The notes beneath the pieces were generated by a model. That model did no database searches, had not been told where the DNA came from, and saw only the letters and a program-made list of their open reading frames with translations. Both the position numbers and the translations under genes were made by a program. From Catajapyx aquilonaris (lineage: Eukaryota), in the NCBI GenBank assembly GCA_000934665.2, contig KZ537978.1:62001-126000 (forward strand): DNA of 64,000 nt, written 5' to 3'. This document shows positions 23,501 to 35,800 of this stretch, piece after piece; within the stretch, counting starts at the first letter, position 1, and the number at the start of each line of letters is the position of its first letter.

Positions 23501-26500
23501 CGGTGGAATGGCATGTTCCCTGGGAAGCCTCCAGTGACGCCAGTACTATTATAAATCTTCGATTGTGTACGCTACCAATTACGAGCGGTAATTGGAACGG
23601 GTATAATCAGCGTCACAAGTCGCTCCAGCAGAATGTTGGTCGCATCGGGCACTCCAATAGAGTCAGCCCCGAACATCAAAAGCGGCTGGCAGAAAGGCGT
23701 GATGGCAACCTATTTCTTTCAGCTATAAAAATGACACCTAAATCTATCGGCAAAGTGGTAATAGAATCTCCTGGGCCATGAGGACTGAAACAAAAAGTCC
23801 CAATCGATTCCCACCTTTTTTGTGCCCGTATCTAACACGCATGACTTTTATACACCATATATGTAACTTTTTTTTTTTTTAAAGCGACCAGGCAAAACAA
23901 ATCCGGCGCTTCTACACGCCGTATACTCCTTGAAAATTAATCCCAAATTGCTTTTCTCCCAGACGGAAAATTGGATTTCCAAGTTCATTCCAGCTTCACG
24001 GCAGAATCAATCGGAAGACCTAACGAAACGCTTAATTTGGAAGCGGATCCGAATCGAGGCTCGTTAGTTAGCATCCAACGCGCATATTAATTACAGTGCG
24101 TGCCAATTCCTGGCATATAGGGGTTAAATATTATTTCCACCCTCCAACACTCTAAAATTTTGCCACGGCGATGGAGCTATTAATCTAGGTTAAGCACAGA
24201 GCGACTATTTACACGCCCGGGCTCCCGTGCTGTGATCATGACGTCCTAATTGGTGTGGGCTGATTTTAAGCGCCGACTGTGTGTCATCCAACACCCGGTT
24301 TTTGGAAATGTCCGTGAGGGTGAGGTAATGCCAATGATCGGTGCAGTGGAGGAAGAAAAAAAAAATCATAACTTATTTAATGGAAAGCGTTTGTGCTCTT
24401 TCGCAATATTTCCTCCTCCGCGACAAGGCCCCGTTGTTAAAATTCGAGGGCGGAAACTGCCGGGACTTTTCGCACAGTTAAGGAGAGTGATTCCGGGACT
24501 TTTATGGCTGGTAGTAAAAAGGTGACGCAAACGACGAGCAGCAATGCAAAAAGACGAAGATCCCGGATGATGTCTGCACGAGTGTCCTCAAAGGGACGCT
24601 TTCGAGTCAGCCGTGAAGAGTGCGCAATTTTGGAAATGAGAGAAATTCGCTGGCCGATTCTAGCTGCACTTTACGTCAACACCACCTTTGCCAAGGGTCA
24701 CACAATTCCAGAGCATTATTTATGCTGGCACCGAGAAGAAGAGAAAAAAAACTGGTCACTGCCAGGTCAAACACACTCAGCTGAAGGCATGATGGCCGAG
24801 ATGCACAGGCAGCGTCCCAGCTTCAGCCATTGGTTGAAATGGTATGACGTTAAGCTCAACCATTGGTTGAAGAGGTATGACGTTAAGCTCAACCATTGGT
24901 TGAAAAGGTATGACGTTAAGCTCAACCATTGGTTGAAGAGGTATGACGTTAAGCTCAACTATTGGTTGAAAAAATGGGACGTCAAGCACAGCCATTGGTT
25001 GAAAGTGCCCAGGAAGGATATCTTGTTAGTTATTACATCAATTAATTCCTTTTTTCAAGTGTGAGTTCATACGGTGTCATGTCCTTTTAAGGCTACCTTT
25101 ACATTTCAAACATTGCGATTTATATGCGCCACATTGCGAAATAAACGTTTATTGTAACAAATAGTGTACAAAATTATACTGAGGCGTTCCTAACATCTGG
25201 TCTATGCCTCGGGTAATGTTAAAATCGGCAAATAATAACTACACGCATTCTTATTGGTATTTTCCAGAAATTCTCATGCTCCGACCAGATTCCTGGGCAC
25301 CAAGATTTCGATGTCAGACACAGCCATTGGCTAAGGTTGTGACATCAAGCTCAGCCATTTTAAAGATTACGACGTCAGACTCAGCCATTGACTAAAAGCC
25401 AAGAAGCGGCTGCTCCAAGTTAGACATAACTTTTGAACCCGTAACTTTTTTTTCTTCCTCCAGGTGACTTGAGCTCCTTTTAAAAAAACCGTACCGAAGT
25501 GTAGGCATCCCGCAAAAGGGTGTCTTGCGCTTCGTGTTTAGGAAGCCGTTATGCAAAACAGGGCCCCCCGTTTGAAATTCAGATGAGAGGTCGATTTTAA
25601 TGCCTCTCTGGCCTGGTACAAGTGGAAGCTAATTTCACTCCGGGTCTCTCATCCCCCATCCATATACTCACTGGCGGAATTTGAGGATGAAGAGGGCCAA
25701 CACGATGCCCAGCAGAGTTATGCCCAGGCACGAAGACAGGATCACCAGGAACCAGGTGTCGTCGATCACCATTCCTGAAAGGGACACATCTATTCAGAGA
25801 GTTTTGAGGGCTGTCCTCTGACTCCATCATGGATCAAGCTTTATTGCATTATTACCCAACAAGATTCAACACCAGCTAACACTGAAGAGGGGGAGGAAAC
25901 AATTTCGCAACCAAGCATAATTACATGGGCTAATCTCTCCAGTGTTATAATTATGATAATCAACCTGTATTTTCAGTAGGCTTCATTTTCATAATATTCC
26001 CTCAGAGCCGTGCAATTTGTTGAGGGTAATCATTTTATTCCTCGCTGTATGATGCTCCTCTCGAGATTATACGATGCTATATACCCTTAGCGTCCGGTTT
26101 CTTCAGCAGAAATGGGATGGAAAAAAAGTGGGTAAAAACGAGGCTTTTAGTGACCTCAATACGAATGTTGTCGCTCCATCTATAAGAAACAAGAGCACAA
26201 TTCCCATGCTTTTGGCAAGGAGAAGCACAAAATAATCGAGAGCAAAACTTCCAAGAGCCGGACTCCAAAAAAAAGGACTTTTGTAGTACTGAATTACCAC
26301 ACTTTCGCCATTACAGAACAGAAACTCATGGCCTGGCTACCATTTTCCTCTCTCTTTCCACTACTTCATGTAGACCTCAAGATTATGTATCTGAGTCTCG
26401 TCTGCGCTGAAAGCCCCCTTTTAACGTTACAAGTCAGATGTTATACGATACCCCAAAAGTCGGGGACTCTTCCCTCGTTTTTTTCTCCCTCTCCATAACA

Positions 26501-29500
26501 ACTTGGAAACGTTATTTATGTCACTATCCTTTCTTCCTTCCGTATCTTTTTGCTTCTAATTTGCCAGAGGCCTGCCAAAGGAGGAGTGTTTGCGTTACGA
26601 TTTTAGGAGAGGAAAAAAAATGAGGTTGTATGGAGTCTGAATTCCGTTCCTTTTGCCAGTAGCATGTCCCACATTTCTGATGGCAGATATCTGGGTATTG
26701 GAGTTTTTTACGCACATTTTTTAAGGGACTCTCGCTGCATGTCTGCAGCCATCCTGGAATCAGGAGGAATAAATCAGCCTCGAGATGTAATGGAATTTTA
26801 GTGGGGTGGATGCTTTAAAGGTAGAATCGGAATTTCCCCCCAAAAAATGCTGACAAAAAAGGGTCAGTTTATTAAGGGAGACATGCTTTTCCGGATAAGT
26901 AGCTAACTCTGAACCTGCAGGGTAAAAAAAAANNNNNNNNNNNNNNNNNNNNNNNNNNNNNNNNNNNNNNNNNNNNNNNNNNNNNNNNNNNNNNNNNNNN
27001 NNNNNNNNNNNNNNNNNNNNNNNNNNNNNNNNNNNNNNNCCCCCCCCCCCCCCGCCCCCCAGCGAAAGTACACACGAACGTTCCATTTCTGAAGACAGAA
27101 TCCGTTTTCTACCCGTTTCATAATTTTATTCCACTGTGCCTTTCCTCTATTATGCTCATCTGCCTCCATTCATTAAAAAGGGTTGCACAAAGGAGGTCCT
27201 AAGACTCAGGTTCTCTTCCTAGCGAGAGCCTTAATTTTCGCAGTTGAGCAAGCTCTTTCATTATTCCTCATTCGTTTGGAAATTTGAAAGGGTGAGGGGG
27301 GAAAAAAACGCCTTTTCCATATTCTCAATACAATAACAGACTCCTCTTCCAGGACGGTGAGATAATCAAGCAAGTCTTCTTCCGAGGACAGTTATGGAAG
27401 GAGTGGCAGCTGCCAAGAAATTGGACTTCCCACCAGACAAAAAAAGGGGGAAAAAGTCCGATCAAATTGGCATATTGGAGAAATTCGTTAGCACAACTCC
27501 TGTTCCCAGCTATAGATTAACGTAAGGAAAACTAGAATTTCTCTTCCAGGCAGATCCTGCAGACCATTAATTAAGTTGCCCCAAAATGAATTCTGTATTC
27601 CTGATGAAGCCCAGTCTATTAAATCCCCTCAGCTCCACGTTAATCAGGGTTGGATTATGCTGACTATTCTTTTCCCTCCGTATGATTCATCCTGTCATAT
27701 AGGCCACCTTGGCGCCTCTATTGTGCGGCGTAAAACATAGCGGCCAGGGGCAAACTCAAATGTACGATTCTAGCCAGTAGCTCCCTCTATATGTTTGACC
27801 GCCAAATGAATGGCAATGGGTGTGGGTTTGCACGAGTATGTGGCCGGAACTTGGCACCTACACCACCGCAAACAAGCAATAGGACCGCTCCTTTATAGTC
27901 CATTTCAACCCACGGGTTGGACGTATCCGGCTGCACTTGTGGCCACTCCGACTCCAATGTTGGAATATGACTGCGAATGTTGTAGATCACGGGACAGGAA
28001 TGCTCGGAGAAAAGGGGGACCCTGTTTTTATTTTAGAGCGTGATGTAAATTAGGGATTTCAGGTATAAGAGCAGAAGAAGGTTTCGTGTTTAGTCGTAAT
28101 TGCTGGGGGGGGGNCTCGTAGAGTAATTTATACGGTATTGCTGGTGATAATGTAGCCAAAAATGTTCGTTCTGTGACAACGCGTGGAAATTGTCCATTTT
28201 TTATCAAATGAATTGGGGAGGGAGGGGGGACGTGATTACATGCACTTGTTTATATTGGTTACCCTATACCCTATAGTAATTTTGGCACTATCCAGTATTC
28301 AATCAAGGTAAAAGGCAGGGGGGGACCTTGTTAAAGTGTTGATGGCTGCATAGCGCTAGAACACATTTTTTAAACACAGTGCACAAAAACATTGAAAGTA
28401 GTGGTTTCCGCTGGAACAAAACAACATGTAATTGAAATTGTGCAACTTGTGGTAAACAAGTCATCTAACCAATGAAGCGTTCCCTTATTAAATTATGATT
28501 TCCGGAATGTTGACGCTGACATGGCACTGAACACCTGTAACCCTACATTGTGCTGGCAACTTTGCACTAACTATCGGGAAAAGGGTCTGCATAGTTACAG
28601 TTTTACATCGTTATGAAACTGCTAGGTATATTGCCGGATTAAGCTCCCGCACATGATTATGTGTTCATAGTTTTAATTAGATTGCTACAGGCGTAACGAG
28701 TAGTAATTACATTGTACTGGAGGAGCACCGAGCATCAAAATTATACTGGAGCGATTTTAATTTTGCATGATTTTCGGATTAGTGCTTCCCAAAATCGGTT
28801 CCCTTTCATTTTAGCTCTATTTTCATAGCCTTCAGCACACGTTGTTTTAATTGGCCACACTCACGTGCCAATGCGTGCAAGACCCACTTTAATTACAACA
28901 TGCCTTAACTTCAGTCGACCCCCAACATAGCATATCCTACTTTTTTTTTTCCTCTCGTCTGAAAATGCGATAAATCCTCCCATGTCACAGAATGGTATTC
29001 CACTGGCAATTATTCTCGCCTCTCTCCACGCTCCAAGATGACGTGGAAAAAAAAAGGATTCATTTTCTTCCCATTCGTACTCCTCAAATAAGCAACTTCC
29101 CTCCCTCCTTTCCTTACCCTCCCTTCCTCCTTCTCCTCCACCCCCTTAATCAAATTAAGGGCTCGTAAAACGTCAATCACGCTTTTCCGCGCCTGCACAA
29201 TAACCTGAAATCTTGGGGGCGGAAAGAAACTTCTCGGGGGTCTCCTTTTCTTCAGGTCGAATCCACAAAAGTCGGACTCCCAGAGCCAGAGTTTTCAAAT
29301 TGCTCACAATTAAGCGCAGCCCTTAGGGGGGCGAGACTACTCTTGAAAGAGATAAATGGGATTCTCTCCGCCCCCGTTTCTAGTCCTCTTAGGGCTATTT
29401 TTTGGTGCAGGGTGGGAGAGGGGGAGGTGTTTTTTTACGCACCTGCGGTGCTTGTGCGTTTGTGCCAACTTGTGCCATTCATTACCCGGCAAGACCATTC

Positions 29501-32500
29501 GGGTGACAGTTTGTTAACAAAGTGGGAATGGACAAAATGTAGAGTAAGGCGGAGAGTAGAGCCCGCAGCAGATGCAACGTGGGCTCCACGGGAAAAATGG
29601 TGGAACTGAGCAAAAATGCGGTGGAACTGGGTAAAACTGGTGGTTGAACTATGCTGCGTATGTGGGGGAATTAAATGCGGAAATAATCAGCCATAGAACC
29701 GGCTTCTCCTGGGAACCTAGGTATTCCAGTATGGGGCCAAAATTGGTTCGAAATAGAAGGCTAGAATAGCCCTTTTGGTTGTTTATGCTATGAGTTGTGA
29801 TTGTTCAGCGGTATAGGGCGTGGATGTGGCAATGTGTGGTTTGTCTATGTACTGTGGAAGCATAGGAAGAGGCTAGCCGGAGTAAAGATGTTGTCTGCAA
29901 CTGGTCCAGTCCTATAGTATATGAGGTGTCTCAGATCAAAGGCGGCTAAGTAAAAAAAATGGTCGTAAAATGAGCAAAAACTGCTGATTACTTAACTTTC
30001 ACTAGTACAATCTTGAAACTTTTTGTGTCCATATGTTGCCACGGCTCAGCTACATATGCAAATGTGCAATTAATACCCAATGACATTAAAATACATTATT
30101 GCTGGACGCATTTGTGCTACAATCCCCAAAAATGGACTTAGCCGCTTTTGATCTGAGACCCCTCATATGATCGTTCTGATTGGGATCTACCAACTTTTCT
30201 GGGCGCTGATTGGTGCATGCCAACCACCCCAGAGGCTATATAAATTGAGAGGCTGTTAGGTGACTATGAGTTCACTGATGTGACTGCCATGAATAGTCGC
30301 TTATCTTCCCGGTTTGACTAGTAGTTATGCGGTGTTGGCAACCCCATTCTGACGGCCCTACATCTTGGAAAAGGCGTCATTGACCTAGGTCTCGAGAGGA
30401 AGTAAGAAAATGGGGATCGTCGCCATTCGTGCCAAAACTGATAGAGGCGATGGTAGGCCCATAGCAAAGAGTGGCCATTGCGGAAAGTGGGAACAGCTTC
30501 CTCCGGGCAGAAAGCGAATCGGAGGCGTAAAAAGCCACCGGATTCATGCTACTGATGACGAAGTGCTCAGATGGCGCCCAAAAGAGCGCGTCTAAGGCTG
30601 AAAAATGACTCCAGGAAATAGAGTCAAGCATGGAGCCATTTACGCTCGGGAGGGGGGGAAAATCTGCCTGAAGAATACTCGGTAACAAAATGCGAGCAAA
30701 CATTTTCCAGGTTAATGGACGAACACGAGCCAGACAACGACCTCAGTGCATTTTTATGTCCGGGCTGGCCTGAATTTTTAATGTGTGTTTTCTCTCTTTT
30801 CGTTAGGATACCTGCATCCCTGCAGGGAAAGGTATCATCCTGCTTATTTCAGGTAAATGAACAGGTGACTTGCTGATGTTGCAACGTATACATGTGTGGA
30901 TAAGTTAGATAGGGTAGTAATATTGTAAGCTAGGAAAATGCCTCCCTTTTTTGTGGTTGCTTACCTATCTTAGAGGCCAGCCTTGTAAACTGACCTTGTT
31001 GTGCAAAGGCCTCGGACGTATCGACATGGATAGAACTAGGCACCTGGTAAGAATTTTACTGCAATACTTGTGTTAATTTCTGTAATGCTGAACGAATCCG
31101 GCTGAAACTAATCTGAAAAACTAGAGCATTTTTTACAAGCCCTGCTTGATGAATAAGTGCTGCAGCATGTCTCTGATTTACTGCAGGCGGCCTGCAGGAG
31201 GCAATAATGAAGCCAATTTTCTCCAAATCGGCCCATTTTCATGAGTTGAAATATCAGTTCATTAAGCACCAGATGGTCCACTATGACTCCAGCCATTACG
31301 CTTGACTAATTGCGCAGTCCCGTAACATGTATGCGGATTTCTTCATGTTGGGGCCCCCCCAGCGTGAAGGACGCATAGAGTCAATTGTTGGCAGTCGGAC
31401 AGCAACACCGATGCCAACTCATCGCTGCAATGCACCTAAAGTGAGTGCAGGCCCAACGGGGGTGCCTCCCCCTGAAACATTGTTGAACCAAACTATCGGG
31501 ACCCCATACCGCGAGCCTAAGTTGGCAGTCATCGGGGTGATGAACATAATTTTCGAAACAATTAAGTTAAAGCAGCAAGTTGTGTGCGGGGGTTGGGCCA
31601 AGTTAGCAAAAGTTGGAATTGTGCGGCTTTGGGGAATTGGCGGGCGCGGCGTGCTTGAACGAGTGTGGGGATTGTAAACAGTTTGTCCTCTCGGGGCCTG
31701 GGTATGGGCCTCCCTCCATCCCAAAATCCTCCGTCCCCCTCCTCCTCCCCCCTCACTAAACTTTGCAAAACAGGGGATGCATTGCCAAGCCTCGAATTTA
31801 CCTCCCGGGTAAGGGTTAGACAATGGGTCCCCTGCGGCCTCCTTTGGAAGAAGTGTGAATCGGGTAGATATTGTAAGCAAGATTAGGGTAATGGCCCGAA
31901 GGAAAGGGCTCCGAATTTACGACGCACATCGATTTTTCACTTTTATAATGCGCCTACCCGTGCAGTTATAACCTCACAGACGTGGAACCGACAGGTCATG
32001 CACTCATAAATGGCGGTGGCACCTGGGAACTTCTAGTTAATTTCAGAATGTTGAATTTTTAAATAAGCCCAACTTGGTTGATTCACACTCCCAATAGTTT
32101 TCAGTTAACCCAGATATGTCTGTTTTTTAACCGTATTTATGAACAAATCAACTAACACAATAATTAAAAATCTAACATAGACATGGACACCAGGCATACA
32201 CAGGGCGTTCCAAGTTCGTGGGGCCGTTTATAATGGTTATATCTATAGGAAATTTCGCTCAAAGCGGTTATTTTTGTATAGCTTGTTGCGCCCCTAACCA
32301 GGTGCCCTATTCTATAGCCACTGCTACAGTCGACCACATGATAGTACTGAGGCACCTGGATCGAGACACAGCAAGCTACCAAAAAATAACTACTTCGGGC
32401 GATATTAGTGATAAAGAAAAATGACTCACGAACATGGAACACCCTGTATGGGTTAATGCACTGTAATTAATGTTCATTTGCATTGTGTGAAAAAATATCT

Positions 32501-32837
32501 GAATAGCAGAAAAGTTGAATGTAAAGGGTCCTAACCTTTTCGGGGCAATTCGACATATCCTACTCCGGATCCCGCGGCCCAGTCGCATAGGTCGCAGCTT
32601 CCGTTAGCCAACAGCGAGCCGATGCGCCCCAGGGCACCTTCCATGAATCCGGGCAGCGGCGGGGGCGGGATGGCCAGGATCATGTCCGGAGGCGGCCCCA
32701 GGGGCTCCAGCTCTATTTCCAGCCCTGCTGCCCCCCCAGGGCTCGGGGAACCCCCGCATGCGGCCAGGAAGCAAGAGCCGTTGGTCATGGCGTCCACTGA
32801 CACTTCGGGGCTTCCCATCAGGAACCTCTTTTGCACC
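19977..32837 (-). CDS. Uncharacterized single-pass transmembrane protein; complement(join(19977..20532,22108..22433,22526..22832,25672..25774,32536..32837)); start at ATG 32818 or in an upstream exon
   Basis: Five GT-AG exons with matching phases form one open frame of 530 codons plus stop. TM segment WFLVILSSCLGITLLGIVLALFIL is followed by KFRQQRLK (positive-inside). Confidence 0.85.
20912..21179 (+). mobile_element. tRNA-derived SINE (family B)
   Basis: B-box-like GGATCAAATCC, body ggttttctgtggtttccc...ggccacagccacttccttcc, perfect 18-bp TSD ATAACTTAGCATTCAGTA (20894-20911, 21180-21197). Confidence 0.8.
21205..21286. repeat. 82-bp hairpin with perfect 19-bp arms
   Basis: catatgaagagtccaaaag / cttttggactcttcatatg, plus inner taaatc / gattta. 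Confidence 0.75.
22108..22433 (-). CDS. Membrane protein exon (TDSEEEEV...FENSGYVDSDD...ATRR)
   Basis: atttccag| acceptor, ag|gtcagc donor, phase 0/2. Confidence 0.85.
22526..22832 (-). CDS. Membrane protein exon (QRLKAGLGTEV...AQRNK)
   Basis: tgtccacag| acceptor, aag|gtatgg donor, phase 2/0. Confidence 0.85.
24824..25003. repeat. 33-bp minisatellite, ~5.4 copies
   Basis: Unit CATTGGTTGAAGAGGTATGACGTTAAGCTCAAC starting at 24828, 24861, 24894, 24927, 24960. Confidence 0.95.
25310..25397. repeat. Degenerate relative of the 33-bp minisatellite
   Basis: Recurring gac(g/a)tca..ctcagccatt motif, about 2.5 units. Confidence 0.65.
25672..25774 (-). CDS. Membrane protein exon, TM helix (MVIDDTWFLVILSSCLGITLLGIVLALFILKFRQ), frame not in ORF track
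   Basis: ccctttcag| acceptor, ca|gtgagt donor, phase 1/2. Confidence 0.87.
26933..27039. other. Assembly gap
   Basis: Run of N between A and C homopolymers. Confidence 0.99.
29922..30165. mobile_element. mariner-type MITE
   Basis: TA|TGAGGTGTCTCAGATCAAAGGCGGCTAAGT...ACTTAGCCGCTTTTGATCTGAGACCCCTCA|TA. Confidence 0.82.
32201..32446. mobile_element. Tc1/mariner-type MITE
   Basis: CAGGGCGTTCCAAGTTCGTG...CACGAACATGGAACACCCTG|TA, with inner inverted segments. Confidence 0.75.
32536..32837 (-). CDS. Membrane protein exon, N-terminal region (MGSPEV...GPPPDMILAIPPPPLPGF...CDLCDW...ELPRK)
   Basis: ttttgtccggcag| acceptor, g|gttagg donor; GC-rich coding-like sequence. Confidence 0.82.
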
Positions 32838-35800
32838 CTGCCGGACAAAATCACACACAATATAGTTGGGTTTGTCAAACAACAGATCCGCCAATACATA
32901 ACATGCACGTTATGACACATAAATTGCATGCAGATAACATGATCGGGAGGGCCTGAATCAATAAAATGCATACATATAGTTGATTTACAGCAAACTGGAA
33001 TCGGAGTTGGGCTATCCATCACATCTACTGGGTGAGCGGTTGGGTGGGGGTGGCTATAAAAACGTCGAAAAGAGTTAGGAAAAGACTGGTAGCACCGTGA
33101 TCAATTGGGAATTCAGCTACACCGCGGGGATAGGCTGGGGGAAAAAATCGTTTGGCGAATGCGGTTTGAAACAAACTCAAATTCTCCGAGAAGTTTAAGT
33201 TTCTTGCCTCCTAGAAATCCGCACAAAACCTTCCCCCTTTTGCCCTCTCCCCCTCCATCTTTCTCTCGGGTTCCTTAAACAAGAAACCAAACTCCTACTC
33301 AAACCCGCCCCCCAGAAACTTTAAGGTTGCTGATTCCTCGCGATCCTCTTTTCATTATACTCGTGGTCGGCCAAGATTAATGTCAGGAAAGAAACGATAG
33401 TAGTAGAAGCCCGCCTTTTCCTTTCCCCCTTCCAAAAAAGGAGGATTCTTGCAACTCCAGAAGAATGAGTTATGGTTTCCCCCTCGGGTATTAAACTTCA
33501 ATTCTGCTTTTCCTCTCCTATACCATTTCTGTATACGGACATTAGAACTTTTTGAGTCGATAGCCTGTTACATGTTGGACTAGGTACCTTGTCAGACACT
33601 TCCGGATAAAACGGACCTATCTACCTTAGTGGCCTCCTTCATCGAGGGTGGGAGAAGGGATTTATGAGGTAAAAGAGTGGACGGGTGGTGCTCGTTCTTC
33701 TTCTCATGAATGTTGAGTGTCTCTCTAGCCGTGTAATGAGAGCCTGGATATAATGGGACCTGTTCAGGTCACAATATAACAGGGTTTGCCTGTCCTTTTA
33801 TAGTTCCAGGAAGTAGCTTGCTACTCTACCGATGTATGAAACCATCGAAGAGGAAAATGCTGAGATCAACCTCATTTCAATTGTGTAGTTCTCAATATAC
33901 GCGTAGAGACAGAAAACCAACCAAATTCTAGTTTTTGTCGAGTTTATTGGAAATGCCGAGTACCTTTTAATGTTCGTAATATGAACTTCATAATTATGTG
34001 CTACTAATAGCAATGTAGATGCTTATGCGAACAAGTCCAAAGCGTTCGAGTCCAATGATACCAAACTTTGCATGGTGGTAGGTCATGATCAGGGGACGAT
34101 CATAGGAGGATCAGTGATGCGGTCGACTCGGTGGTTTGGAATATGAAATTGTAATGGACTCCCAGTCGGATACCTCGCCACCGGGCCAATATTATGCATT
34201 TTTCATCTTGACCAGAACAACTACTGACTTGTGAGGAGTTAAGTCCTTCAAGTGATGCAACATGCCGTATGAAATTTGCATATACGGTATGTCCGGACCT
34301 TGTGACATTCCCCGCAAACTCCCACAACTAACTCCCATCTACTGGATGTCACCACCTATAGCTGTTGAACGAAGCATCTAACATCCCTTCAGACCCTGCA
34401 TTATACTCGGGGAACCCTGTTATCAAGCTAGTATTTTACACAAGAGCGGGTAGTGTTAGTTAATCGATTTTTGTTGCTTTATGCTGAAAAACAGCGAATA
34501 ACTATCCCACCTATGTTTTAACAGCGACGAATGGGAACTTGATAATGACAGGTCGATAATAATGAACTTTACATTTTTTTCATGCGTGACTTCTACGCCA
34601 CATGCTGTTTAAACTGCGATAATTGCATGACAGCACAATTAGATAAAACTCCGTCCAAAAGACCCGCTCTTTAGCAGCGTTGGGGTAGGTACTCATATCC
34701 CACAACATGAGTGTTTTTATTGTCTCACGCAGCCTTTGAAGCTTTTGCATAAGCATATTTTCTCTGGTATAAAAGTATTGGCATTCTCTGTTTTCCTTTG
34801 CAGATGGAACGAGTACTGCATATATATACCCCGTCCAGTAAACACGAATCTGAAATCGTTTCTGTCTGTAAAGCGTCGCATATTTCCCCGACTAAAAATA
34901 CGAGCTTTTTCCGGCTGCTGAAATTTTAAACCCACTCTATTTCCAGAATTCCCTCAACAATCATGGAAATCCTGGGCAAAATTGAGTTTTTGCGCGTCTC
35001 TGCTGCCGTGCCGCCATGCCCGAGAGAAAATAATCTCAGCCATTGAGACACGAAATGGAACAGAAAAAGTACTTGTCGCAATACTGCGGCCGTGAATCCA
35101 TGTCAGCCTCTTTTCTCTCGGGACAACTTATTCATTTCGATTTGTATGGAGATTACTTGAGTATTCCAAACCAGCTCGCCAGGACTGTGGCAGTCTCATT
35201 AGACTAGGTGATGTCTTCCACCTTCCTCCCATTCTCTATACTCCCTACCCCTCAAGCCCACGATGGCCATCACACTTGCAAAATCTGCCAAGTCCGACTC
35301 GTTTTCCAGGAGCAATTTGCAAGGCTGTTTCCTTTGAATCTAGGCTGCCAACCTCCATCTCGCGTCAGTCTAAAGTGAAAATCCGGCCGGAATTAGATTT
35401 CACGTACTCGTCCTGCAAACCATGTTAGGCGGGCTATACCTCCATCCAGTTTTTCCTCCCCAAACCCCCTAAAACTTTAATTTACGGCAAGGGGAGGGGG
35501 GAGGGGGAAAAATGGAGGATGGGGAAGAGGGGGTAGAGCACATTACCGTAATTTGCCGTGCGCGAAATTGCGACCGGCGCAAATCACATTCATATCCCGA
35601 GATATCCGGCCTGAGATATCCGTCCTGTGAAATTCAGCGTGCAGTTATACCGTATATATACATATATATTTTTTCGTGAGGGTCTTTCTACGGAAAAGGT
35701 TGGCATAATTATACCAGTGCTAGCTAACTCCGTGATGGCCTTGACTCAGTCTTCCCAGGAGAACGCTAGGGGACTTTATATGATCCGTGATAATGTCTCC

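Noticed and set aside
24824..25003. CRISPR-like array
   Set aside because: Units are contiguous with no unique spacers; no cas genes; eukaryotic context
24504..25064. 186-aa ORF with HWLKRYDVKLN repeats
   Set aside because: Kept open by the stop-free 33-bp minisatellite; antisense within an intron; no convincing exon structure
33950..34435. Possible non-autonomous Helitron ending CTAGT
   Set aside because: Subterminal hairpin is weak and no second copy is present to define it
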